From contig CAXXXM010000002.1 of NCBI GenBank assembly GCA_963663265.2, forward strand, positions 2,150,078-2,214,077: a DNA stretch of 64,000 nt, in the 5' to 3' direction. Positions 28,204 to 37,294 of the stretch are shown one piece after another. A program made the translations under genes and the position numbers. The notes beneath the pieces are model-generated. The model was not told the DNA's origin and ran no database searches. It was given only the letters and a program-made list of their open reading frames with translations. The DNA is from Melioribacteraceae bacterium (lineage in GTDB: Bacteria > Bacteroidota > Ignavibacteria > Ignavibacteriales > Melioribacteraceae). Each line of letters opens with the position of its first letter. Positions within the stretch are counted from its first letter, which is position 1.

Positions 28204-28986
28204 ATGGTAAAATATAGAATATTTGTTGTTATGGCAATTTTAATATTGTGTTCAAGTATTAAAACTTACGCAGAAACAGTTGAAGAATTAATTGCAAAAA
28301 GTGAACAATATTATGATAAGTTTGAAAATCAGAATGTATTAAAAACTTTGGAAGAAGCCGATAAAATTTCACCAAATAATTGGGAGGTTTTATGGAGATT
28401 AAGTAGAACATGGGTTGATATAGGAGAACATATGCCAAATAAGAGCAGCGAACAAGAAGATGCTCAATTAAAGGTATATGAAAATGCTCTCGATTTTGCA
28501 AATAGGTCAATAAAATTAGCTCCTGATAAATCTGTAACTTATTTAAGAAGGGCTGTTGTGAATGGGAGAATAGCTTTATTTAAAGGAGTTTTCTCTGTTG
28601 GCAAAACTGTTGAATCCATAAAGGACGATGCAGAAAAGGCAATTAAATTAGGTAATGGTGGTAATGAAATTCAAGCAATATCCCATTATGTTTTGGCAAG
28701 AACTCATGCTAAGCTAATGCAGAAAAGTTGGATGGCAAGGAAAATTGCTGGATTAAGCTGGGCAGATTCGGACGTTGCTAAAGAACATTTTCAAAAAGCA
28801 ATTGATCTTAAACCTAACTTTGTAATGTTTTATGTGGATTTTGCAATTGCAGCAATTGACAACGAAGAATATGAATTTGCAAAAAAAATGTTAAATAAAG
28901 CTCTTGTTAGTCCAATCCAAGATGAAGATGACCAAAAAAGAAAAACGGAAGCCAAAGAACTTTTGGAAACAATAAAAAACAAATAA
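28204..28986 (+). CDS. secreted TPR-repeat protein
   Basis: Signal peptide, then helical TPR-like repeats ('ALDFANRSIKLAPD', 'HFQKAIDLKPNF', 'FAKKMLNKAL'). Confidence 0.55.
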   Translation: MVKYRIFVVMAILILCSSIKTYAETVEELIAKSEQYYDKFENQNVLKTLEEADKISPNNWEVLWRLSRTWVDIGEHMPNKSSEQEDAQLKVYENALDFANRSIKLAPDKSVTYLRRAVVNGRIALFKGVFSVGKTVESIKDDAEKAIKLGNGGNEIQAISHYVLARTHAKLMQKSWMARKIAGLSWADSDVAKEHFQKAIDLKPNFVMFYVDFAIAAIDNEEYEFAKKMLNKALVSPIQDEDDQKRKTEAKELLETIKNK

Positions 28987-28987
28987 G

Positions 28988-29728
28988 ATGGAATTTAGCA
29001 AAAATCATTTAACACGCATAAAATTAGCTGATAATGTTCTGTTTTTTACAGGTGCCGGTATATCAGCAGAAAGCGGTATTTCAACTTTTAGAGGTACCGA
29101 TGGTATTTGGAACAAACTAAAACCGGAGGAATTGGCAAACTTTAATGCTTTCTTAAGAAATCCTGATATGGTTTGGGAATGGTATCAATTAAGGAGAAGT
29201 ATTGTTGAAGAAAGTAAACCTAATGCTGGTCATTATGCAATTGTGGACTGCGAAAGTTTATTTGAAAATGTTACGGTTGTTACTCAAAATGTTGATGATT
29301 TGCATAATAGAGCCGGAAGTAAAAAAGTTTTAGAACTGCATGGTAATATTGTAAAAAATTATTGCATTAAATGTAAAACACGATACGACAATTTAGTTGT
29401 TGAGGATAATAAAAAAGTGCCAAAGTGTTCTATATGCGGAGGATTAATTAGACCGGATATTGTATGGTTTGGGGAGATGCTGCCGCAGGATGTTTTTGAT
29501 GATGCTGAAAAAGCAGCTAAAAAATGTGATGTATGTTTTGTGGTGGGTACTTCTGCGGTTGTATTTCCGGCAGCTAATATTCCTATTATTGCTAAACAAT
29601 ATGGGGCGTTAGTTGTTGAAGTAAATTTAACTAATACAGATATTTCTTCTCTTGTTGATGAAACATTGCTGGGTCCGGCGGGAGAAGTTTTGCCAAAGCT
29701 TATTGAGGCAGTTAGAAATTTTAATTAG
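28988..29728 (+). CDS. cobB: NAD-dependent protein deacylase (CobB-type sirtuin)
   Basis: 'FTGAGISAESGISTFRG', 'QNVDDLHNRAG', 'ELHGN', and a Zn ribbon CxxC...CxxC ('CIKCKT...CSICGG') followed by 'RPDIVWFGE'. Confidence 0.9.
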   Translation: MEFSKNHLTRIKLADNVLFFTGAGISAESGISTFRGTDGIWNKLKPEELANFNAFLRNPDMVWEWYQLRRSIVEESKPNAGHYAIVDCESLFENVTVVTQNVDDLHNRAGSKKVLELHGNIVKNYCIKCKTRYDNLVVEDNKKVPKCSICGGLIRPDIVWFGEMLPQDVFDDAEKAAKKCDVCFVVGTSAVVFPAANIPIIAKQYGALVVEVNLTNTDISSLVDETLLGPAGEVLPKLIEAVRNFN

Positions 29729-30387
29729 TCTTTCCAAATGAAATCAAAAAGAAGATATGATGCTGTTGTCATAATTACATCATAACTTATTAATACAAAA
29801 ATTTCCGCATATGAATCCTCAAAGCTTTTTCCATCAATAGAAAACTTTGTAAGCTGTAATAAGACTAAAATGAGTGGTAAAAGAATGGGGAAAGACAAAA
29901 CAGGGTATAATGTGCCTTTTGAGCCTGCCTTTGAAATTATGGCTGCAATTATTGTAGATGATACAGCAATTCCAATATTTCCAATAATAAAAGCGGTGAT
30001 AAATAGAAGAATGTTATTTATAATAAACGAATCAAATAAAATTGCATAGAGTATTGTAATAACAACATTCATTAAAAATACTAACACAATATTGAAAAAT
30101 AGTTTGCCGGAGAATATTGTAGAAGGAGGGGCAAGTAATTGAAGAGTTAATGTAGTACCTCTCTCTTCTTCAGAAACAAATGCACGTGATAAACCTGACA
30201 TAGCAGAAAAAAATATAACCACCCACAATAATCCTCCGGTTAGATACTCGCTTGTCTTTTCTTGACCAATAGAAAATAATATGACACTTATTGTAACTAA
30301 AATAAACATGGCAAGAGCATTAATTGCATATCTTGTTCTTAATTCTGAATGCCAATCTTTTTTTAATAAGTAAAAACTTTTTATCAT
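29725..30387 (-). CDS. CcmB-family (heme-exporter-B-like) ABC permease
   Basis: By eye it aligns along its length with E. coli CcmB. Examples: 'SELRTRYAINALAMFILVTISVILFSIGQE', 'GLLWVVIFFSAMSGLSRAFVSEEERGTTLTLQLL' and 'LSFPILLPLILV'. It overlaps the ATPase gene by 4 nt. Confidence 0.7.
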   Translation of the reverse strand: MIKSFYLLKKDWHSELRTRYAINALAMFILVTISVILFSIGQEKTSEYLTGGLLWVVIFFSAMSGLSRAFVSEEERGTTLTLQLLAPPSTIFSGKLFFNIVLVFLMNVVITILYAILFDSFIINNILLFITAFIIGNIGIAVSSTIIAAIISKAGSKGTLYPVLSFPILLPLILVLLQLTKFSIDGKSFEDSYAEIFVLISYDVIMTTASYLLFDFIWKD

Positions 30388-31019
30388 AAACTTTTATAAT
30401 TTTCTATTTCAATTATTTGCGAACACTCTTTTAAATCACTTTTTTCGTTTGAAGCAACAATTACAAGTTTGGTTTTACCATATTCTTTGATAAAATTATA
30501 AACCATGTCTTTACCGTAGGTATCTAAATTAGATGTTGGTTCGTCCAATATTAATAGAGAAGGGGAATGAATTAGAGCAAAAGCATATTTTAATCTTTGT
30601 TTCATTCCTGAGGAATAAGTTTTTACTAAATCGTTTCTCCTGTCATACAAGTCAACATCTTTTAACATCAGTTTGGCAAAATCTATATTGTATTGAATTC
30701 CTCTTATTTTGCAAAAATAATATAGGTTTTCAATAGCTGAAAATTCATCGTATAAAACTAAATAAGGTGCAACAAAGCCTATATGGTTTGCCAACTTCTC
30801 AAGCTCTATTTCTTTGTTGTTAATATTATGTGATACTTTCCCTTTAGTGGGGGATATTATATTTGCAATAATTTTAACAAATGTTGATTTCCCTGAGCCA
30901 TTTCTACCGGCAACACCGTAGATATGATTGTTCTCAAAGGAATATGATAAATCCTTAAAGATTATTCTTCTTCCAAAAGTTTTTGTTAAATTATCTACTG
31001 TAAGTTTGTAATTAGTCAT
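30384..31019 (-). CDS. ABC transporter ATP-binding protein (CcmA-like, short single NBD)
   Basis: Walker A 'GRNGSGKST', signature 'YSSGMKQR', Walker B 'LLILDEPTSNLD'. 211 aa. Confidence 0.8.
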   Translation of the reverse strand: MTNYKLTVDNLTKTFGRRIIFKDLSYSFENNHIYGVAGRNGSGKSTFVKIIANIISPTKGKVSHNINNKEIELEKLANHIGFVAPYLVLYDEFSAIENLYYFCKIRGIQYNIDFAKLMLKDVDLYDRRNDLVKTYSSGMKQRLKYAFALIHSPSLLILDEPTSNLDTYGKDMVYNFIKEYGKTKLVIVASNEKSDLKECSQIIEIENYKSL

Positions 31020-32622
31020 TAAATACTACAAATTTTCCTTTACAAATTTCACCATCTGATTCCGTAACATAAATGTAAATACCTGAATTTAATTTACCGT
31101 TAGAAGTTAATCCATTCCACACTACTGAAGGATTAGTCCCTTTGCTAATTTTACATTTAGCGGAATAGACTAACTTAAGGGTTGTATCATAAATATATAA
31201 ATTGGCATCAGTTAATTCTTTGTATATTACAGGGAAATGTAATAATGTTCCATTAGCTTGCATTGAATAATTATAAGGATTAGGATAAACAAACTTGTTT
31301 GCTCCATTTTGTTGATTATAAATTGCCGAATCAGCAGATACATTGGCAACTTTAAAATAATTGGAATATGAAGAGCTAATTGAGTAATACAAATTTTCAT
31401 CAATTTTATTACTTTCATCACCGGAATTTTGTATTGAGTAATCTAAAGAATAATACGAGCTATTATAATCAATAGCAGTATTAAAAGAAGTGTTTGATAT
31501 AACTGAACAGAGAGTATCGGTGCCAACAATAAATTGAATATAGTTGTTGGAAGCAGGTTGTGTTGTAACTCTAACAGTTTTTACAGGAGGAGTATAAGTA
31601 ATTGTAGTTAAATAATCCAACAATGGATAATCAGCCCCATCTTTAAAATATTTTTTCGGGTTTGCTCGATAATCTGTATAAAAAGTCCAAATACCAAACT
31701 GATTTAGCTCATATCCAAAAGAAGAGCCGAATTCTGAAATTGCTAAAGCAATAGCTTTTAAAGCACGGTTGTTTGGCATTAATTCCCATGTTCTTTTAAT
31801 TATATTATATCCAAATCTTTCTTTTAAGAATATATTAAATATTCCCAAAGCATATGCATAAGAATCATAGTTAAGTCTAAACCTGGGCTGATTAAAAAAT
31901 TTATCCAAATAGTTGTAATAATCATTAATTTCCGGATACATAAATTCTTCCATTGAAGTTGATGTAAATTCATAAAAGAAAGTATCCTCAGAACGCATTA
32001 TGTATCCGCCCATTTGAATTGCGTGGTGAAATTCGTGAGCGGCAGTTACTCTTGCACCTTGAATTCCTTTAGTATGATGAATATCATACTTGTTATCTAA
32101 AGCAATATAGGAAGTATATTTGTTAGCTTCTATTAAATTTTCAGGATCTGTATACCCATATGTGTTGCCTAAATCCATAATATAAATATCATAACAGTTG
32201 TCTCCTCCGGTACCGTTATCACTTGGAGGGGGATTATATCCTAAAGTAACAACTTCAAACTGATAAACGGAATCAAGTGCTAAAGCTAACTCTTGAATGC
32301 TGTAAGTCGGGCTGTTTATTCCACTTTCATCATAATGTATTCGGAAAAAACCTGAAGGAGAAACAATACTTGTTTCAAGAATTGGTCTATTAGAAAGTAA
32401 GATTGAATTTTGTTGTTCAACAGAAAATTTGCTTAAGTTTTGCTTAACAAAAAGCATCAAGGGGGTTTCGCACTTTTGAATTTCTGCTGATGAATAAGGC
32501 TTTTCGGTTATAAATTGTGTCTTTTGTGTTAAAGAAATAAATCGGTTATATAATGAGTCAATATTTTGAGCAAACAAAAGAGTGTTAATAAACAAAAAAA
32601 TCCCTAACCAATATTTTACCAC
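31012..32622 (-). CDS. secreted HExxH-motif protein (putative zinc metalloprotease) with T9SS-type C-terminal sorting domain
   Basis: GTG start, 2 nt after the upstream stop. Signal peptide 'MVKYWLGIFLFINTLLFAQ' and 'AAHEFHHAIQ' (HExxH). The C-terminal ~90 aa, 'VYPNPYNYS...LYIYD...GLTSNGKLNSGIYIYV...KGKFVVF', resembles Por/T9SS CTDs. Confidence 0.6.
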   Translation of the reverse strand: MVKYWLGIFLFINTLLFAQNIDSLYNRFISLTQKTQFITEKPYSSAEIQKCETPLMLFVKQNLSKFSVEQQNSILLSNRPILETSIVSPSGFFRIHYDESGINSPTYSIQELALALDSVYQFEVVTLGYNPPPSDNGTGGDNCYDIYIMDLGNTYGYTDPENLIEANKYTSYIALDNKYDIHHTKGIQGARVTAAHEFHHAIQMGGYIMRSEDTFFYEFTSTSMEEFMYPEINDYYNYLDKFFNQPRFRLNYDSYAYALGIFNIFLKERFGYNIIKRTWELMPNNRALKAIALAISEFGSSFGYELNQFGIWTFYTDYRANPKKYFKDGADYPLLDYLTTITYTPPVKTVRVTTQPASNNYIQFIVGTDTLCSVISNTSFNTAIDYNSSYYSLDYSIQNSGDESNKIDENLYYSISSSYSNYFKVANVSADSAIYNQQNGANKFVYPNPYNYSMQANGTLLHFPVIYKELTDANLYIYDTTLKLVYSAKCKISKGTNPSVVWNGLTSNGKLNSGIYIYVTESDGEICKGKFVVFND

Positions 32623-32624
32623 AG

Positions 32625-34745
32625 CTAATCACCTATTTTTTTAAAATTAATAAAGTTTCTAAATTCATCTGCAAAAACAACAAAGGTTTTGTTTTCGTAA
32701 TTACTCAGAAAATAATCAGTAGTATACGGAAATATAAACTTATCTTCAAAAACAATTTTGTTTTTGTTAAAGCCAAGTTTTACTAAATAGTTGTTTTTAG
32801 AATTATTAATAAACAAAAAATTGCCAAAGGAAACAAGCCTGTTTGTAATGCTAAAATTGTTTTGGAAAAGATTATTTTTATCGGTAATTTTCTCTAAATA
32901 TGCAGTTGGAGAATTAAGCATATAAGTTAAATAATAATATGAGGAATCTGCATAAATAAAGCTTGTATATATTTTTTGTTTATTTGAATAGTTTGACAAA
33001 AATGAATTAAAGTTTACATCTTTATAATTTTCTATTTGTAATGTAGATATTTCTTTTTGTGAATCTTCATTGAAGTCGTATAAGCTGAATATGAAGTTGT
33101 TTCTTAAGTCGTTTAATCTCCACAGATAGACATAACGAGGATTATTGTAGTTAATTTTTGCGTCGTAGACTTTTGTGGTTATTTCTTCATAATCATCAAT
33201 CGAAAATTCACCATCTTCTTCTAAATATTTAAGATATTCTAATTTCCCTTTAGATTTTGTTAAAATTGTAAGTGTCAACCCCTCATCATTTCTGTTAATA
33301 GAAAAATCGTGAATAGGAGCAGATGTAAAAATTTTGTTTAGTTTATAGATATTCTTTTGGAAGTTGTAGATAATTACCTCGCAAAAAGAAGTGTTGGCAT
33401 TATTTAATACAAAATAGTAGTTTTTATTAGAAAAAAAGACTTTAACTTTATTAGGAATTTCTTCAATAGCAACTTTATAATAGATATCAAAAGTTTTTTT
33501 CTGTTTTAATAAAATATTAAAAGTCAAATCGTTTGAATTTACAAAGTATAATCCTGAATTTAATAATCGCCCATAGTTGAATTTCCCAAAAGCACCGATT
33601 TTACCTCCCAATAAAATTTTGGTGTTGTCGGTAATATTTGACAATTTGTTAATTGTAATAATTTCGTTACTATGGGATAGTATAAATAAATTAGCTCCAT
33701 TTTTATCATTAGAGGCATAAATTTGATTGATATACCAATCTTTTAAGTATTCAATGGGAGTACCAAGTGTATCGGTATAATTGGAAAAAAGTATTACTAA
33801 ACTACCTTTATGATGGTCAAAGAAAGCAAAATCTTTAAGTCCATTTTGGTTAAAATCGTTAATTGCAATTTTGGAAGGAGAATACTGAAAAGACTTTCCA
33901 ATTTGGTTTGAAAAAGAAGAAACAGAATCACCGTACAAAACTTCAAAACCATTTTCTTTAGAAACCAAAATATCAGTAAATTTATCATTATTAAAATCAA
34001 GCAAATTAATATTGTAAATATTTTCTAATAGAGACAAACTTCTTTCTTTTCTAAATAATCCATCAAGAGTATTGTAAAATAGATCTAAATTGTTTGTGAT
34101 ATTATTAAAGCAAACCAAATCTTGAAACCCATCATAATCAAGATCGGCAAAATGTGCATTTTTAAAAATAAAATCAGTAATAATTTTATTTTCATAAATT
34201 CTTCCGTTGTTGTTTACTTTAAGAAGAGAAACTCCATTAAAGTTTTCGCCACAAACTAAAACATCGGGGTTGCCATCACCGCTCACGTCCCCAATTTCGG
34301 CAAAACTTGGATAAGATTTAAAAAAAGTCTTTTGCCCAAAAGATATATTCCCTTCCGACGAAATGTTTATCTGAGCTGCCATTCTGTCGTTTCGAGCTAA
34401 AGCAAAAATAAACGTTTTAGCATTATTTATATAGTAAGATGAAATGAAAGTGATATTATAAGGGATTCGTTTTTTTATTGGTTTTAGAAATCCATTTGGA
34501 CTTCCTTTCAGGATGGTATAATTTTTAGAATTGTTAAAAAGGAGTAAATCGGAGTAACCATCATAATTAAAATCGATGGAGTAAAAATAAGTGAATTTAT
34601 CGTTAAGTTTAGTAGAATTATAGTTAATAAAACCATTAACTGAAATTTGAGCAGACAGTTTAGGGAGAAAAAGAAAAAATAGAAAAAAAAGGAGATTAAT
34701 GTTTCCTGTTTTTAAGACGATTTTCTCTTCTAATGAGTGCTTCAT
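32625..34745 (-). CDS. FG-GAP/VCBS-repeat (beta-propeller-like) secreted protein
   Basis: Repeated Ca-binding-type motifs: 'DFNYDGYSDLL', 'GDVSGDGNPDVLV', 'ADLDYDGFQDLV', 'DFNNDKFTDILV' and 'NDFNQNGLKDFAF'. The start is uncertain (34787 or 34745), and both overlap the thioesterase gene. Confidence 0.6.
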   Translation of the reverse strand: MKHSLEEKIVLKTGNINLLFFLFFLFLPKLSAQISVNGFINYNSTKLNDKFTYFYSIDFNYDGYSDLLLFNNSKNYTILKGSPNGFLKPIKKRIPYNITFISSYYINNAKTFIFALARNDRMAAQINISSEGNISFGQKTFFKSYPSFAEIGDVSGDGNPDVLVCGENFNGVSLLKVNNNGRIYENKIITDFIFKNAHFADLDYDGFQDLVCFNNITNNLDLFYNTLDGLFRKERSLSLLENIYNINLLDFNNDKFTDILVSKENGFEVLYGDSVSSFSNQIGKSFQYSPSKIAINDFNQNGLKDFAFFDHHKGSLVILFSNYTDTLGTPIEYLKDWYINQIYASNDKNGANLFILSHSNEIITINKLSNITDNTKILLGGKIGAFGKFNYGRLLNSGLYFVNSNDLTFNILLKQKKTFDIYYKVAIEEIPNKVKVFFSNKNYYFVLNNANTSFCEVIIYNFQKNIYKLNKIFTSAPIHDFSINRNDEGLTLTILTKSKGKLEYLKYLEEDGEFSIDDYEEITTKVYDAKINYNNPRYVYLWRLNDLRNNFIFSLYDFNEDSQKEISTLQIENYKDVNFNSFLSNYSNKQKIYTSFIYADSSYYYLTYMLNSPTAYLEKITDKNNLFQNNFSITNRLVSFGNFLFINNSKNNYLVKLGFNKNKIVFEDKFIFPYTTDYFLSNYENKTFVVFADEFRNFINFKKIGD

Positions 34746-35172
34746 TAAATCGGCGTAATTCGTCTTCAGATTCGGGAATGATTTCATAAGTTTTTTCCGG
34801 TCTACCTGAACCGTTAACTTTTACAAATGTTAAGTAAGCAGAGTTTGTGTGTAATCTTATGCCCTTAGAGTGACACTCACCAAAAACTTTAACACCAACT
34901 TCCATAGAAGTGTTAAAAGTTCTATTAACAGAGGCATATAAAGTTACAACATCGCCAAGTTTAATTGGGTGGTGAAAATCAATTCTATCAACGGAGGCAG
35001 TAACGCAAACGGCTTGTGAATGTTTTGAGGCTGCTAAAGCGGCACAAATATCAATCCAATGCATTAATTGACCACCAAGTAAATTACCCAACTGATTTGT
35101 ATAGTTGGGTAATACTAATTCTGTCATAGTAATAATAGAATTTGCAACAGTCTTTTTGTTGAATTCACTCAT
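34696..35172 (-). CDS. acyl-CoA thioesterase (hotdog fold, YciA/BFIT-like)
   Basis: 'ELVLPNYTNQLGNLLGGQLMHWIDICAALAA' and 'ASVDRIDFHHPIKLGDVV' are present. 158 aa. Confidence 0.8.
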   Translation of the reverse strand: MSEFNKKTVANSIITMTELVLPNYTNQLGNLLGGQLMHWIDICAALAASKHSQAVCVTASVDRIDFHHPIKLGDVVTLYASVNRTFNTSMEVGVKVFGECHSKGIRLHTNSAYLTFVKVNGSGRPEKTYEIIPESEDELRRFNEALIRRENRLKNRKH

Positions 35173-35173
35173 A

Positions 35174-35914
35174 TTATTTTGTTAAACTTTCTTCAAATTC
35201 TTGAACATCTTTTGCATTTGAATCATCTGGGAAACGGCTCAAAAAAGTAGCAATATCAGAAAGGGCTTCTCCCTTTCTTTCTTTTAAGACAAGCAATTTA
35301 ATTTTTTGGTACAACGCCATTGAAGCATATTTGGTATCGTGAAAATTTTCAAATACACCTTGGTAATAATTGATAGCGGCGTTGAAATATTCCATTTTTT
35401 CGTAAATTGTAGCACTATTATATTCTTTAAGGGCTAATTTGTCTCTTAATTCCTTAATTCTTGCTTCTGCATCTGCAACTTTTCCATCTTTTGGAAAGAA
35501 ATCGATAAATGCTTGTAGTTCTTCAATTGCCTTTTTTGTATAAGCTTGATCTAATGGATAAGGTGGAGATAGCTGATAGTAACATTCAGCTAACATAAAT
35601 TGTGCTTGGGGTACAAAAGGACTTCCTGAAATACCTTTTATAAGTTTGCTGAATTCATATGCGGCTAATAAATATTGGTCACGTTTATAGTAGGTCATCC
35701 CTAAAAAGAATTGTGCATCGTCATTAACGGCATTTCCCGGGAACTGTAACAAGATGGATTGGAATTCAGTAATAGACTGTTCGTAGTCTTCATCGTTAAA
35801 AAGGGTCATGGCGTATTCTAAATACTGTTCAGGACTCATTAAAGAAGTATCAATTGTATTAGAACAATTAGTAAGGAAAACTACTCCGAGTAAAAATAAG
35901 GCAATTTTTTTCAT
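35174..35914 (-). CDS. bamD: outer membrane protein assembly factor BamD-like lipoprotein (TPR)
   Basis: Lipobox 'FLTNCS', TPR helices ('YEQSITEFQSILLQFPG', 'AQFMLAECYY'), and BamD-like size. The ATG at 35914 (MKKIALF) is preferred. Confidence 0.65.
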   Translation of the reverse strand: MKKIALFLLGVVFLTNCSNTIDTSLMSPEQYLEYAMTLFNDEDYEQSITEFQSILLQFPGNAVNDDAQFFLGMTYYKRDQYLLAAYEFSKLIKGISGSPFVPQAQFMLAECYYQLSPPYPLDQAYTKKAIEELQAFIDFFPKDGKVADAEARIKELRDKLALKEYNSATIYEKMEYFNAAINYYQGVFENFHDTKYASMALYQKIKLLVLKERKGEALSDIATFLSRFPDDSNAKDVQEFEESLTK

Positions 35915-36062
35915 TATCATCAACAAATTATTATTTAAAAATTAAAGATAAAAAAAATACTTTTTCATTCAAATACTAAAATTTTATCAATTTGTTCCCA
36001 AAAAAAATAAATGGAACGATTTTTAGTGCTGAAAGTGTTATTATTAGAAATTACATTAGCAT

Positions 36063-36407
36063 ATGAAAAATTTAAAGACAAAATATTTCCGATTTGCACA
36101 GATAACAGCCTTGTTAGGATATTTGTGTATTGTCTATTTTTCAGGATTCCATCATCATGTTAAATTTGTTCCGGTTCCAAAATCGGAAAGTAAGCTAACC
36201 ATACCACAAAGCTTTAGCAGTATTGGACATGATGGTTGTGAAATATGTAATGCTGTAAACTCTTCAATAATAAATCTTCAAAACAACTTTGCCATACCTA
36301 TATATAAAAGCAAGTTTATAATAAGTTATAAACCTACTACCACAATTGTTTATGGTTTTAAAGGTTCTGCAAAAAATTTGCGAGCACCTCCTATTTCAAT
36401 AAGTTGA
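36063..36407 (+). CDS. hypothetical small membrane protein with His/Cys cluster
   Basis: One N-terminal TM helix, then 'HHHV' and 'GHDGCEICN'. No family is recognised with confidence. It is the first gene of the TonB-receptor cluster. Confidence 0.35.
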   Translation: MKNLKTKYFRFAQITALLGYLCIVYFSGFHHHVKFVPVPKSESKLTIPQSFSSIGHDGCEICNAVNSSIINLQNNFAIPIYKSKFIISYKPTTTIVYGFKGSAKNLRAPPISIS

Positions 36408-36452
36408 CCCAGTATAATTAATTTTGACTTATTAAAATATTATGGAGATTAT

Positions 36453-37292
36453 ATGCTTTATATTAAAAATAGAGTTTTAGTATTTGCTATACTCGTATTG
36501 TCTATTTTATTTTCCGGTTGCAGTAAAGATACTGAAACAATTAATCAAGCAGAGCATTTTCAGGCTATCGGAATGGTAATTACTGATGCTTCGGGTGCGG
36601 TAGTGTTTTCGATTTTACGCGGCGTTACAAATGACACGCTTGTTGCTCCGCTAAATGCCAGAAGTGAGGCTTACTTTGTAAGTTTTTATGATGAAAACGA
36701 ACAAATAATTCAACCACCAGCTGATGGCGATAAATACTTGGCTTGGGAAATAGACGATAATTCTTTCTTTAAAATTTTTCAGCATGAAGGAGAAGAGGGG
36801 GGATATGAATTCCATCTCGATGGATTAAAAGAAGGTGTTACTTCTCTTCAGTTTTTTGTGATGCATAATGGGCATGCAGATTATAGAACAGGTTTAATAC
36901 CTGTAAAAGTGAAATCGGTTGAAGGTTCTCATGGTGAACCAGTAAAAATAAGAATTGCAGATGAAGAGACTGATGGAACAATTTTATTTGCCGACTTGCA
37001 AGGTAATATTACCGATACTATAAAAGTTCAGCAAGGTGTAACAACTGATCATATGGTTGTATATTTTATTGATGAAGAAGGGCGAGAATTTCAACCTTCA
37101 ATTTCAGAACATTCCGCAGGATTTGTAGTTGATAATAGCACGATAGCTGAAGTTACAGGTTTGGTTGTTAATGAACCTTATGCATTTAAAATTAAAGGAA
37201 ATGCTGTTGGGGTTACCAAATTAACAGTACAGCTAAAACATGGCGGTACTGTGGATATGTCGTTTTCATTAATCCCTATTAAGATATATTAA
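36453..37292 (+). CDS. hypothetical lipoprotein
   Basis: GGAG lies upstream. Lipobox 'LFSGCS'. Two similar halves are each rich in His/Glu ('HEGEEGGYEFHLDG', 'VMHNGHADY'). Confidence 0.5.
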   Translation: MLYIKNRVLVFAILVLSILFSGCSKDTETINQAEHFQAIGMVITDASGAVVFSILRGVTNDTLVAPLNARSEAYFVSFYDENEQIIQPPADGDKYLAWEIDDNSFFKIFQHEGEEGGYEFHLDGLKEGVTSLQFFVMHNGHADYRTGLIPVKVKSVEGSHGEPVKIRIADEETDGTILFADLQGNITDTIKVQQGVTTDHMVVYFIDEEGREFQPSISEHSAGFVVDNSTIAEVTGLVVNEPYAFKIKGNAVGVTKLTVQLKHGGTVDMSFSLIPIKIY

Positions 37293-37294
37293 CT

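Noticed and set aside
28988-29728. SIR2-domain protein as a defence effector (Thoeris/DSR/SIR2-HerA-like)
   Set aside because: The sequence is a canonical CobB-type deacylase. It has the full Rossmann motifs, a Zn-ribbon CxxC...CxxC and the 'RPDIVWFGE' block. It has no extra domains and no partner defence genes.
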